Part shown: positions 11,601 through 26,600 of the stretch, piece by piece
How positions within the stretch are numbered: position 1 is the first letter of the stretch
Layout: every line of letters starts with the position of its first letter
NCBI GenBank assembly: GCA_002633005.1
Contig: NMRA01000488.1
Location: forward strand, 232,878-296,877
DNA: 64,000 bases
Direction: 5' to 3'
Source of the DNA: Phoronis australis
Lineage: Eukaryota > Animalia > Phoronida
The notes under the pieces: generated by a model
Database searches by the model: none
What the model saw: only the letters and a program-made list of their open reading frames with translations
What the model was told of the DNA's origin: nothing
Translations under genes and position numbers: made by a program

Positions 11601-14600
11601 GACGACACTTCTTTGTTACAAAAGGCGGCAAATTGTGCCGCTACCAGATGACGTTTATTTGATTGTTTCCCACTTAAACGGCTGCAACGAACAATGTGAG
11701 TGTCGGTGTATACCAGATTTTTCATGCACCCTCGCTGGTACGTTAGCTTTATATGTTGATGTAGCCTAAGTTTTACGACGAGGTAACAAGCATAAGTCAA
11801 CTATACCCGGGTAGTCAACAGCTATCTGAAATTTCGAGGTTAACAGAGCTCAACACACAGTGGTACGATAGTCTTCATACAGCTATAGTCGGTAGCTTAC
11901 CAACCTTTCGAGTTTACAGAGTTGAGAATTGGCTAGCAGGTGGCTGACTGGCTGACTAGAGTCCACATTGCCCACGGCACAGTCACACCAGTGTAAATTT
12001 GATACGGACTGGTTGCACCAGAAAATTTTCATCTAACGATGACGATGACTGGGTATCACTTTGTGTTGCCTCGGCTCAAACAGGTATACCTGGTGACCCG
12101 ACATTTCACATTAAAATTTGTTATTCCGACAATATGAAAAATGCAACTTGACAGCACGCTAACACAGGACAGTGACTTTGCCCTCGCTAAATACGTCACG
12201 AGACGCAGCGCTCCAAGCCGGTAATTTTTTTGAGCTTCGTTAGAGAATATAACTTTACTTTTTGTTGTTGAATTATTCGTGAAATTAATCAACAATTCAT
12301 AGAAAACTATCCAGAATTTGTTCAGAATAAAATACAGTACCCTTTTAAAGCCTCGAAACACTTAAATTCAATTTTCAATCTTGAATTAGAACATTTTGTA
12401 ACTTACTAATAGATTGAAATTCTTAGAATTTATTCACTTACTGTTTCTACGCTCTACACTAGGCAATGTTATTAAATCGTGTGTAGCAACTTTCAGGTTA
12501 TCTCAAACCTTATTTTGTGACATGCATTCTAACTCGTATATCAAAAAAACCAGCCTATGTCATCTAGTAAAGGTATATATTTTCTGAAAGAAAGAAGTTC
12601 AGAAATCATAAAAATATGTTTTATATTGATGTGCCATTACTATGATTAAATTAACACCTTTTTTAAGTCAAAACTTCATTTTTAAGAAAAGTACATCCAT
12701 AGCAAAATAACTCCTTGGTCGATTTTGATGGAACCCTTTAAATGTAAACTTCACGATTTACCTCAAAAATGCTGTTAGGAATTTTCGATGACTCATTTAG
12801 GTATGTTTCTATGCCAAATTACTCGCAAAATGTAAAATAGTATTTTTGTAAAACCTAGCAGTCATATTCATCTGTCTTACAGCATGCAAAATCCAGGTAT
12901 TTAAAAGGAAAATCTTAACAATGTTTTTGAGATGAATAAGTATTAAAATTAGAAAGTATCAGTGAAATTTACCATGCCATTCTCGAGAACTCGTGTTCCC
13001 AAGTTCAAATTAAGTAGATTTTGCTAGATATATATGAAATATTGCGAAAACGGTCAAATTTTGTGAATAAGGTTCAAGATATCCTTAAAAACCTTTGCAA
13101 GAAAAATTTCACATTTGAATGTTTATCAAGCACATGACCTGGTTCCTTATTGTGAGAAGGCTACATCGAAATGAATCATGACCTTTGACCCAGGTAAAAA
13201 TATACTCAAAGCCACATGTCCTTACACTTAATCACAATAATCGCGGAAAAATTATAATCATAGTTTGACACCTTATCAATCAAATGTTAATGGCATAAAC
13301 ATGTTTGTGGGAAAAAATCAAAACTGTGGAAACTTGTAAAACCTCGTCTATTTTCAATTCCAAACAACTCAAAACTTGCAAAAATGGCAAGAAACAGGGA
13401 TTCAACAACTTTAAAACTATCATGCTCTCAAGGTCCAAAATTTATTATCCAGTCTGTAACACACCTGACAATGTTCTGTGTTGTATATGTTATACTTGGG
13501 GCCTATGGCCCTATGTATATTTCAATAAATCACTACAAAAACGATTCATGATTTTGGTTTGCCAGCACTAATTGGTCTTGTGCACAGATTTTTTTTGCAA
13601 ATAACATTGTGCATGAATGACGTAAATCACAGACCTCAATGGCTTTGTGTCATGCAATGCGTGATTTTACTATTAATCGCCCAATTAAACATGACGTCAC
13701 GGCGACAGCAATTGCTCACAGAATCCCATCAGTATGACCAGATGTGACTTAGAATTAGATCTGTCCTTGTTTACTCAATTTCACAAGCAATTGCTACAGT
13801 TTGTGGAATTCCGACTATGCGATGAAACCGAATTTTGAATGCCTTTGAATAAAATGAATTTCGAAAGACGTTTCCAACAATGCAATTTTTTTCTCAGATG
13901 TAACTAGTAGTTCTAAAACCTCACCAATTTCTGAGAAAAGCAACATGACTAAATCTGATTTGTTTTCATTTTTCAAAGGCATCTAACATTGCTATGAAAG
14001 ATCAGAGTTTCTCAAAATGTCTGACAACCTACAGCACAAGTCAAAAGTATTCAGACAAAATAATCCGGAATCCTCCCCCCCCCCCATCAAGTCATTAACA
14101 GAGCAGTCTTCCCTCATGACCAAGAATGAAGGGTAATTTACAGGAAATTTAGAAAAGGAGACTAAACACTTAGCCACTTTGTAGTTAAGAATTTTGCCAC
14201 AATGATTCATCACCACTAATTTTTGATCTTACAGAGAATTACATTCCAAGCCATGATGGCTAGAAGCCAGGTTCAATGTTATAGTAATCTCCTCTGATGA
14301 CCGAGAATGAAGAGAAATTAACAGTAAAGTTAATAACATGGCTAAGCCACTCTGTAATTAAAAATTTGACGCCCTAACAGCATTACCAGTCTTTTTAGCT
14401 GTCAACAAAATAATCCATCTAACATGGAAACAGTACTTTGTCTGATTATGTTTGTCTTGTACTTTTTGGTGAAGGACATCAGATAGATAAGGCATTTAAA
14501 TATTTAGTGCTTGTTATTTTTAAAGAAAAAAATACAAAATTTCAGTTGCACACCACCATATTGCGTCCTAAAATGGTGACATTTTACCATATTTTTATTG

Positions 14601-17600
14601 CTATTTTGCAATACTTTTTGGACAGCTAGTTCACAATAATGCTCAAAAATGACAGAACCATTAACCAAAATATGTCACACTTAAAATGCTGTTTTTGAAT
14701 TCTAAACATTAAATCAGTACTGACTCGCATATACCTTAGAAAAACGGAATCTTATATTGTGACAGCCTGTCCAAGTAATCTGTGAACAAACAATCATTAC
14801 GTGCAAACACATAGAGAGTGAGTGCACGCATGCAAGCATGTTTACTGCGCATGCAAGTGTGTTTACTGCCGAACTAAGCTTAATGTTCTCTTAAGTGAAT
14901 CACACACATCCACAGACTAACCCCCGACTGTGTCAAGCTCCTCGCTACAAAAATGATGCTTAAATAATAGTTTTGTAATGCAGTCATTTTCTTGGATTTA
15001 ATGTTTTCAATTGACCACTACCATGATGCAGAAATCTGTTATAAGCTTTGTCCACGTTTGGTTCATACAATGATTAAGCCTGGACAGAATATGTGTGATT
15101 AGGTAGTCTTACATCTATGCTGAAACATTAACTAAACTTCTTATATCAATGGAAGCTGAGTTTCCAGTATAAGCCTATTGTCAAAGGCAGTTTTTAGTTA
15201 TTGTTGTCATTGTACTTTTAGTTGAATAAACAAATGGCACTCTCTAATAAAGGTGATGACCAAAGAATGTCTGAAATCAATAAACTCTGCACGTTTCTAA
15301 ACGAAGATTTGAGATGATTATACCAGAATCTTAAAAACACCACTGACATAAGACAAACCATACAATCATAAAAGCAAAGAAAACTTAAATCCCTGGTGTC
15401 ACTCGCAGAAACTACTCTATGCAGTCATAACACAGTAAAAGATACTTTAACAAGAAAACAAAAACCTAAACAGCAACAAAATACTTGAAACCACAATATG
15501 TATTTGCACGACCTTTTAAACTTCAAAACAAAGACAGGTTCCGAGTAGTATGAACGACAAATTAATCAAAGCCCATGTTAATAATGACTAGTGTTCAATG
15601 TCTTCTAAAGCTGAACACAAATAATTCCCAAATAAGACATGACTTCTCTTCAAAATGTTGTGTTGAACTTACACTCGGGTAGATCAACTTGCAAGATCAA
15701 TGCCGTTGACAATCTTTTTAAAAAACCACCACCAAAGTTTTGATAGGTGTTCATACCTGACAAGTCTGAAGGCTGGCAACCCTCTCCTGAATGAGTTTTA
15801 ATCTGAAAGATCAAACAAGCAAATGTGTACGGTGAACAAACAAGTGATAAGATAACTCCTTGTCAGGTACTCTAACTGGCAGTGTATTACAAGCAGTGAA
15901 ACAACGGCAGACAACAGAACTACACTGACCGAGCCAGTGGTAAATCGCCTACTAATTAGTGCAGTAATGCTAGCTGTAAAATACACGTGCAGGAGGTGTA
16001 TTGATCCTTATAGACAGTGAGAGCGAAGAAAGGAAATTGATTATTTATTTCAAAGCAGAGAAAACATTTAAAAATCTGTAATTAATGACAGTTTCTTTAC
16101 TTTGGGGGCCTGAAACCCGACACAAAAAACGAGTTTCGGAAATTTTTGTTTGAGAGACGGGCATTTTTACTTAATGAGATAATTTTCATGATCTTGAAGA
16201 CATTCATTTGCACTTTTACTGAATAAATATTCCTACATTTTAGATCGTTAGTTTGCTAATTCTTCACCCATTGAGCAGACTGTGTGGTAGACAAGTGAAA
16301 TTATATACAATAAAATCTCACCAATTCAAAACGCAATTTTTGCAACAAATTTTATGTTTAGGGAAGTTGTAGACATGCACAATGTTAGACACGTTTGAAA
16401 AATGAAAAAAGATTAATTTTTCCAATTATTTTGTTCGTAATTGGATAAATTTTATTGTATTCCAATTTCTCATAATATTCTTAACGCAGAAAAACAATAA
16501 GTCTTAGAGTCATCATCTATGTAGACCTACCTAATTCTGTTGCCAGCTGGCGTATTGGCTGGAGGCTGGTAGCCTGGCAACAACGCTGAGACATTAAAAT
16601 TGGCATTCTTCAAATCAAAGCCTGTTGAAATAACAAAATAAACTACATTTAAGTTTTGCACACCACTGCAGCACTAATGTTATCAACGCAGTGAGTTTAC
16701 TTCAAATTTACTCTACTTGACAAAAATATGACACCAATGAATAAAAAACACAAAATTTCCCCAAAGCCAATTGACGAAAAGAACTAATCAAAGCTCCAGA
16801 TCACCAGGATATTGAAAATGCTACGATCATCCTCCATGACAGCCGACGAAATTCATTGCTGCAGAAAGATGGTTTTCCTATGAGCTACAGACACGGTGCA
16901 ACGATTTATGGCAAACGAACAACGAAAAGGATTTGCGAGATAAAAATCATGTTGTCGCCCTAATGATCAGTTGAGAGATATAGTTCGTAAGAAACAAGCC
17001 CTAAAGCAAAATGAAGTCAATTCACCTTCCTAAAGTGTCACAAATATTTTAGTGTCCGGTGTGTTAGATTAACAAACAAATATACGAAACATTTACAAGT
17101 TACATCAAGTGTGACTAAGAGAAATGTGACAACATCGACAAGACTCATGCATTTTAATTCCCATGATGCACCACACAACCAGCGGACACTAACAAAACTT
17201 TACACTGTCTAATCACTTTAAGACATTTTTTGTAATATTATTGTCATTGGTGCTATGGAATAGTTTACCAGCTCATCTGAAATATCACAGAAATAAAGTA
17301 ATGTTCGAACCCCAAGAGCTAGCTGTTTCAATCCGAGTCAAGCTCACCCGACACGACTGGGTTCATTGTAATCAATGAATTCGCTGAAAGGCTTGGAATC
17401 GTGGAGATATTACTATGCTGGGCACTTAATTTTTTCAACAGGGCACTTTATGATTGTGCGTTTGCATACCGCAAACAGTTTCAGCACAAAATCATGCGGA
17501 ATACATTAGAAAGAATCTGTTGTTTTAGTACGCCGGGGTGCAGGGGACTTCCGTCACAGGTTCTATCCATTTGTGGGACTTAGCAACAGTAACAGTGTAG

Positions 17601-20600
17601 ATTGTGGCCTAAATCAGTTTGCGCAAAAACCTGGTTTAATTTATCTCACTAAATATAGCATTTTCATAGCACAGTTGCTGCTATCAGTTGCTTTATTAAT
17701 AAAGACACTACCAAATTTAATGAAAATAGGGTTCTTATCTGATAGTAGGCGATGGCTGATTGACATCAAAATCGTGCAGAATATCTCAAAATGACAGAAT
17801 CAATTCTGACGATTAACTCACAAACGTACAAAGAATGAATGCCACACATTTCAAATCAAGTCTTTAGACACCCAAAGAATATCAGCAAACCTTGGCTAAC
17901 ATCATTTCTAAATAAGAAGACATACCTTGGCCAATTAATTGCACTAGATGAGAAAATATGGCAAATTCTGGCATCCGTAATCTCTGGTCAGCTTTTGTGG
18001 CAGACAATCGCCATAGACGCTGTAACTTGTCTTGGGGAACGTTGAAAGAATTTAAGATTCCCAAAAAATTAGCACCTGAAAGGGGAGAGACTAGTGCAAC
18101 TAGAGACACCTATTGGAAGAAACAACAACACATCTGTGTAACAACCAACAGAGACAGCCAGCATATCTAAAAATCCAGTCAACAATTTTCCAACAGAAAC
18201 CTAAAGAGAACTTTGTTATGATGTCTGGTGAAACATGTTTTTTCTATGGTTTTTACAAAACAACTCTACATTTACAACAATAACTAACATTTCATAACAA
18301 AAAAACAAAAATGAATGTGGTATATATGCCTGATCTGTTGCTGAAATCTGACCAAAGTTTTATTTTGTGATCACACAGTTGAGAAGCTGTAACAACAAAC
18401 TGCAGTATCTATCAACTTAGAGGAGGAGTTTACATAAATTATATAGTCATTTTGTACCCTTGAAAAATACAACTAAAATCTTAAAAACATTACACAATAA
18501 TTAGGAAAACTAACATCCAAACACAGAAGTTCCCAATATCAACGGCTTTGATATGTTTCCATAGTTACCTTCATTGCACAATTTCTTGAATGCTTCTTTG
18601 AACTCAGTCAAACTGGCCTTGCATATAACTGGCACATCTACATTCCTGACATCTGGTGGAAGGCTGTGAGGCAGTGACTGGGGTAATTTTCTCCCCTGTA
18701 CTTTGCCACAACATAGGTGAGCAGCCGACATAAATTCCCTGACATCCAAAAGGTTATCCAAGGTCTCATCGGCAAGATTCCTGTAAAAAAACATGAAAAT
18801 ACTAATAAAGGCATAGACATGGATTTTTCCATGCTTTATAAACATTTAAGTTCATAAAACTTGTAACGAAATTAAAAGCGCATGCCATCGCTTTTATTGC
18901 CCCGTCAGTACAAGCTGCTGATACAAGACACACCATAAGTTGAAGACAATCTCATATGCAAGTCATATTGATGAATGCGTGACACTCTTTGGCCAAGACA
19001 GGGTCTTTAGATAATTCAAAAGGGAACACAGCAGGAATGTAGCTCCTTATACCATAGCCCCCATAGACAAACATCGACTCACCAGAGTTGTTTGTTCATG
19101 ATGTCAGATGGCATAAATCTACTACCTTGTCCATTTGTGGAAGGTGTTACTAGTGAGCTAACAGATTAGCCTGAGAAAGTTTGTCCATCATGTATGAGAC
19201 TTTTCAAATCATAATTTGAGGCTGCGTAGCCGGGATCCTACCTCTTCAAAATAATATTGAAAATGCCTAATCTATGCAACAAATTCTTGAAAAGTTTGTG
19301 ACTTTCCTCCAGCAACACATGCACAGAATGACTTCTTAACACTTCCACAATAACACTGGAGCAAGTTTACCGTGTGGACGTACACCTGAACCGCGGCAAA
19401 TTGACCCTTGAGAGAATTACTTGCACTGGGGCAACTGCTAACAGGACATGGTAACAGTTATTGTGTAAACATGACATTCTAAAAATTCTCCAATTTGGGA
19501 ACATCTCTACTGGGACACGGAAACTCCCGAAAAAATTGAATTTTCTTGATTTTGGAATTTATAACAAGGGCAATTTTGGCATTCACAAAAATTCTCAAAT
19601 TTCGGACAATGCGTTTTCAATCTGCGAAGTGGGTAATTTTGTCATCTTTCCGGTGATTCTTGAATTCAGACGGCCATTATTGTATATTTCTACAACTTGG
19701 GCGAAGCTACAAGGTTGATCAACATTTCACTGTCCCAAATTGGAGAATTTTTACAGTAAATACCAAAGGATGCCTTTTAAAAATATGGAATCTACAATGT
19801 GGAAAAGCGTGAATAACTCTCATGCAAACAAAACTGGACCTCACAGTAGTCACAAAGTCCACCTGATGGCTATGTCATCATCATAAATTTGGTTGCTTCA
19901 AGGGAAATATCTTGATACATTTGAGTAAACCTTGAAATGACACCTGAAGTATCTAGATTGTCTGTGGATTACTTGGCTCAACACACAGAGGCCTCTTCAT
20001 GGAGATGTGCAAACACCATCAAATTGTAAGGCGTTCGATATAGAAACAACGCATGGATGGTCTTTCAAATCACATGTATTCTGGATAAATGAAAACTCTA
20101 AATTCACTTGTTTAGGACCAAAATATGACAAAATGCCAGGGCAACAAAGGCATTTTTTGTCATTAAAGAACTCTTTTATTTAGGACATCCATTTCCTAGT
20201 TGCGATACTGGCTTATTGCTGTCAGGGGAGCTTTGAACTTTTTGTCAGCAAAAAAGGCATCCTCCTTACGAATGTATTTCCCTGACATTAGACAGAAAAA
20301 TCAATTCTTATTTCTTTATGATCAAATATCAAAAAATCCTGTTTTTGTTACAAAATTACAAATTGGCTCTAAAATAATCTCTTTCAAACTGTATTAAAGG
20401 AAGAGAACTGTAATCTATTGTATGAGTATCGCAATGACCAATTTAGGATACAAAATGGCAAACAAGTGAAAGTTTCTTTCTTTTCACTTTTAAATAAACT
20501 GGAAACAGCAGGTAGTAAATTCTTTGTCAATTTCACGTTATATACAACAGCAACCAATAGACACGTTTTGAGAAACTGCTGGAAATCAGAACAATGAATC

Positions 20601-23600
20601 GTACAACAAACGGTCGACTTTAAAGATTTTTTTGTCTGAAATTGGCCAGGTGAAATTTTACCATACACAGAAAATGAAGGCAAATAACGTTGCAAACGTG
20701 ACAAGGGTGACAGGTAGCTGTGACACTACCCACTTACAGGTGACTTGTACAATTATTGACTAAAAATTGAATTAATATCACGCGCAAATTGTACAGCAAG
20801 ACTTGGCAGTGAAAAAGTTGACTTTGATATCATACCGAAGTGAAACTAGATCCAAGAAGGAGGAAGAGAAATTGTATGTCAAATGCGGTCCCACCACGTT
20901 CGTTTCAGTCTCGATATGAATACGAGCTTTTGTATGCTTAGTGACAAGAGCCTTACCATATCTGGCTAAGAACGAGCAACGACAAGCGCGACTGTAGAAA
21001 GAAATCCCTGATGGAGTCACCTACAATAACATAAAAAGTGAAAATAGAGCAGTAAATATAAATGGGATTTACTACAGGCAGTGATAGATGTGCAGCAATA
21101 TTCAAAGTAAGATGACCTCAAACCAGTTTTCACATATGCAGCACTTAAACGGACATATTGTTGGAGGGGGTAGGCTTCTTGGGGCTATGCTTTGACCAGA
21201 GCTATAAAACAACAAAATGCCACTTCTCATTGTAGTCTGCCAGATTCGTAGCAATCTAGACTGATGACTTTACTAGTTATATATATGCTTAAACTGTTCC
21301 GCTTTTCATGTGGTATTTAGGCTCTAACAGCAGACTTAATTAAGCAATGACCACGAAGGTTCCAGGTTCGATTCCGCGCTGCGGNCCAAGAATGAAGGTT
21401 AATTTACAGGAAATTTAGAAAAGGAGACTTAGCCACTTTGTAGTTAAGAATTTTGCCTCCATGAGTCATCACCACTAATTTTTGATCTTACAGAGAATTA
21501 TATTACAAGCCATGATGGCTGGAAGCCAGATTCATTGTTATAGTAATCTCCCCTGATGATCGAGAATGAAGGGAAATTAACAGTAAAGTTAATAACGTAG
21601 CTAAGCCACTCTGTAATTAAAAATTTGTCGCCCTAATAGCATTACCAGTCTTTTTAGCCGTCAACAAAATAATTCATCTAACGCGGAAATAGTACTTTGT
21701 CTGATTATGTTTGTCTTGTACTTTTTGGTGAAGGACATCAGAAAGATAAGGCATTTAAATATTCAGTGCTTGTTATTTTTAAAGAAAAAAATACAAAATT
21801 TCAGTTGCACACCACCATATTGCTTCCTAAAATGGTGACATTTTACCATATTTTTATTGCTATTTTGCAATACATTTTGGACAGCTAGTTCACAATAATG
21901 CTCGAAAATGACAGAACCATTAACCAAAACATGTCACGCTTAAAATGCGGTTTTTGAATTCTAAACATTAAATCAGTATTGACTCGCATATACCTTAGAA
22001 AAACGGAATCTTATATTGTGACAGCCTGTCCAAGTAATCTGTGAACAAACAATCATTACGTGCAAACATATAGAGAGTGAGTGCACGCATGCAAGTGTGT
22101 TTACTGCCAAACTAAGCTTAATGTTCTCTTAAGTGAGTCACACACATCCACAAAATAATCCCCGACTGTGTCAAGCTCCTCTCCACAAAAATGATGCTTA
22201 AATAATAGTTTTGTAATGCAGTCATTTTCTTGGATTTAATGTTTTCAATTGACCACTACCATGATGCAGAAATCTGTTATAAGCTTTGTCCACGTTTGGT
22301 TCATAGAATGATTAAGTCTGGACAGAATATGTGTGACTAGGTAGTCTTACATCTATGCTGAAACATTAACTAAACTTCTAATATCAATGGAAGCTGAGTT
22401 TCCAGTATAAGCCTATTGTAAAAGGCAGTTTTTATTTATTGTTGTCATTGTACTTTTAGTTGAATAAACAAATGACACTCTCTAATAAAGGTGATGACCA
22501 GAGAATGTCTGAAATCAATAAACTCCGCACATTTTGAAACGAAGATTTGAGATGATTATACCAGAATCTTAAAAATACCACTGACATAAGACAAACCATA
22601 CAATCATAAAAGCAAAGAAAACTTAAATCCCTGGTGTCACTCGCACAAACTAATCTATGCAGTCATAACACAGTAAAAGCTACTTTAACAAGAAAACAAA
22701 AACCTAAACAGCAACAAAATACTTGAAACCACGATATGTATTTGCAGGACCTTTTAAACTTCAAAACAAAGACAGGTTCTGAGTAGTATGAACGACAAAT
22801 TAATCAAAGCCCATGCTAATAATGACTAGCGTTCAATGTCTTCTAAAGCTGAACACAAATAATTCCCAAATAAGACACGACTTCTCTTCAAAATGTTGTG
22901 TTGAACTTACACTCCGGTAGATCAACTTGCAAGGTCAATGCCGTTGACAATCTTTTTAAAAAAGCACCACCAAAGTTTTGATAGGTGTTCATACCTGACA
23001 AGTCTGAAGGCTGGCAACCCTCTCCTGAATGAGTTTTAATCTGAAAGATCAAACAAGCAAATGTGTACGGTGAACAAACAAGTGATAAGATAACTCCTTG
23101 TCAGGTACTCTAACTGGCAGTGTATTACAAGCAGTGAAACAACGGCAGACAACAGAACTACACTGACCGAGCCAGTGGTAAATCGCCTACTAATTAGTGC
23201 AGTAATGCTAGCTGTAAAATACACGTGCAGGAGGTGTATTGATCCTTATAGACAGTGAGAGCGAAGAAAGGAAATTGATTATTTATTTCAAAGCAGAGAA
23301 AACATTTAAAAATCTGTAATTAATGACAGTTTCTTTACTTTGGGGGCCTGAAACCCGACACAAAAAACGAGTTTCGGAAATTTTTGTTTGAGAGACGGGC
23401 ATTTTTACTTAATGAGATAATTTTCATGATCTTGAAGACATTCATTTGCACTTTTACTGAATAAATATTCCTACATTTTAGATCGTTAGTTTGCTAATTC
23501 TTCACCCATTGAGCAGACTGTGTGGTAGACAAGTGAAATTATATACAATAAAATCTCACCAATTCAAAACGCAATTTTTGCAACAAATTTTATGTTTAGG

Positions 23601-26600
23601 GAAGTTGTAGACATGCACAATGTTAGACACGTTTGAAAAATGAAAAAAGATTAATTTTTCCAATTATTTTGTTCGTAATTGGATAAATTTTATTGTATTC
23701 CAATTTCTCATAATATTCTTAACGCAGAAAAACAATAAGTCTTAGAGTCATCATCTATGTAGACCTACCTAATTCTGTTGCCAGCTGGCGTATTGGCTGG
23801 AGGCTGGTAGCCTGGCAACAACGCTGAGACATTAAAATTGGCATTCTTCAAATCAAAGCCTGTTGAAATAACAAAATAAACTACATTTAAGTTTTGCACA
23901 CCACTGCAGCACTAATGTTATCAACGCAGTGAGTTTACTTCAAATTTACTCTACTTGACAAAAATATGACACCAATGAATAAAAAACACAAAATTTCCCC
24001 AAAGCCAATTGACGAAAAGAACTAATCAAAGCTCCAGATCACCAGGATATTGAAAATGCTACGATCATCCTCCATGACAGCCGACGAAATTCATTGCTGC
24101 AGAAAGATGGTTTTCCTATGAGCTACAGACACGGTGCAACGATTTATGGCAAACGAACAACGAAAAGGATTTGCGAGATAAAAATCATGTTGTCGCCCTA
24201 ATGATCAGTTGAGAGATATAGTTCGTAAGAAACAAGCCCTAAAGCAAAATGAAGTCAATTCACCTTCCTAAAGTGTCACAAATATTTTAGTGTCCGGTGT
24301 GTTAGATTAACAAACAAATATACGAAACATTTACAAGTTACATCAAGTGTGACTAAGAGAAATGTGACAACATCGACAAGACTCATGCATTTTAATTCCC
24401 ATGATGCACCACACAACCAGCGGACACTAACAAAACTTTACACTGTCTAATCACTTTAAGACATTTTTTGTAATATTATTGTCATTGGTGCTATGGAATA
24501 GTTTACCAGCTCATCTGAAATATCACAGAAATAAAGTAATGTTCGAACCCCAAGAGCTAGCTGTTTCAATCCGAGTCAAGCTCACCCGACACGACTGGGT
24601 TCATTGTAATCAATGAATTCGCTGAAAGGCTTGGAATCGTGGAGATATTACTATGCTGGGCACTTAATTTTTTCAACAGGGCACTTTATGATTGTGCGTT
24701 TGCATACCGCAAACAGTTTCAGCACAAAATCATGCGGAATACATTAGAAAGAATCTGTTGTTTTAGTACGCCGGGGTGCAGGGGACTTCCGTCACAGGTT
24801 CTATCCATTTGTGGGACTTAGCAACAGTAACAGTGTAGATTGTGGCCTAAATCAGTTTGCGCAAAAACCTGGTTTAATTTATCTCACTAAATATAGCATT
24901 TTCATAGCACAGTTGCTGCTATCAGTTGCTTTATTAATAAAGACACTACCAAATTTAATGAAAATAGGGTTCTTATCTGATAGTAGGCGATGGCTGATTG
25001 ACATCAAAATCGTGCAGAATATCTCAAAATGACAGAATCAATTCTGACGATTAACTCACAAACGTACAAAGAATGAATGCCACACATTTCAAATCAAGTC
25101 TTTAGACACCCAAAGAATATCAGCAAACCTTGGCTAACATCATTTCTAAATAAGAAGACATACCTTGGCCAATTAATTGCACTAGATGAGAAAATATGGC
25201 AAATTCTGGCATCCGTAATCTCTGGTCAGCTTTTGTGGCAGACAATCGCCATAGACGCTGTAACTTGTCTTGGGGAACGTTGAAAGAATTTAAGATTCCC
25301 AAAAAATTAGCACCTGAAAGGGGAGAGACTAGTGCAACTAGAGACACCTATTGGAAGAAACAACAACACATCTGTGTAACAACCAACAGAGACAGCCAGC
25401 ATATCTAAAAATCCAGTCAACAATTTTCCAACAGAAACCTAAAGAGAACTTTGTTATGATGTCTGGTGAAACATGTTTTTTCTATGGTTTTTACAAAACA
25501 ACTCTACATTTACAACAATAACTAACATTTCATAACAAAAAAACAAAAATGAATGTGGTATATATGCCTGATCTGTTGCTGAAATCTGACCAAAGTTTTA
25601 TTTTGTGATCACACAGTTGAGAAGCTGTAACAACAAACTGCAGTATCTATCAACTTAGAGGAGGAGTTTACATAAATTATATAGTCATTTTGTACCCTTG
25701 AAAAATACAACTAAAATCTTAAAAACATTACACAATAATTAGGAAAACTAACATCCAAACACAGAAGTTCCCAATATCAACGGCTTTGATATGTTTCCAT
25801 AGTTACCTTCATTGCACAATTTCTTGAATGCTTCTTTGAACTCAGTCAAACTGGCCTTGCATATAACTGGCACATCTACATTCCTGACATCTGGTGGAAG
25901 GCTGTGAGGCAGTGACTGGGGTAATTTTCTCCCCTGTACTTTGCCACAACATAGGTGAGCAGCCGACATAAATTCCCTGACATCCAAAAGGTTATCCAAG
26001 GTCTCATCGGCAAGATTCCTGTAAAAAAACATGAAAATACTAATAAAGGCATAGACATGGATTTTTCCATGCTTTATAAACATTTAAGTTCATAAAACTT
26101 GTAACGAAATTAAAAGCGCATGCCATCGCTTTTATTGCCCCGTCAGTACAAGCTGCTGATACAAGACACACCATAAGTTGAAGACAATCTCATATGCAAG
26201 TCATATTGATGAATGCGTGACACTCTTTGGCCAAGACAGGGTCTTTAGATAATTCAAAAGGGAACACAGCAGGAATGTAGCTCCTTATACCATAGCCCCC
26301 ATAGACAAACATCGACTCACCAGAGTTGTTTGTTCATGATGTCAGATGGCATAAATCTACTACCTTGTCCATTTGTGGAAGGTGTTACTAGTGAGCTAAC
26401 AGATTAGCCTGAGAAAGTTTGTCCATCATGTATGAGACTTTTCAAATCATAATTTGAGGCTGCGTAGCCGGGATCCTACCTCTTCAAAATAATATTGAAA
26501 ATGCCTAATCTATGCAACAAATTCTTGAAAAGTTTGTGACTTTCCTCCAGCAACACATGCACAGAATGACTTCTTAACACTTCCACAATAACACTGGAGC

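Noticed and set aside
11278-11800. 163-aa and overlapping ORFs
   Set aside because: They lie in the palindromic-element arm, are not kept in the copies at 36.8-38.3 kb, and show no known motif.
15673-15688. 15-nt block with a gtaagt donor as another microexon
   Set aside because: It would need a very short intron, has a weak acceptor, and differs by an amino-acid change between the two copies.
15926-15973. Exon-like block SITALISRRFTTGS
   Set aside because: Joining it to the upstream phase-2 exon gives an immediate TAG.
18076-18109. Longer acceptor adding VSLVALVSPLS to the EH2 exon
   Set aside because: It is out of phase with the upstream exon (phase 1 hits TAA). The acceptor at 18076 keeps the frame.
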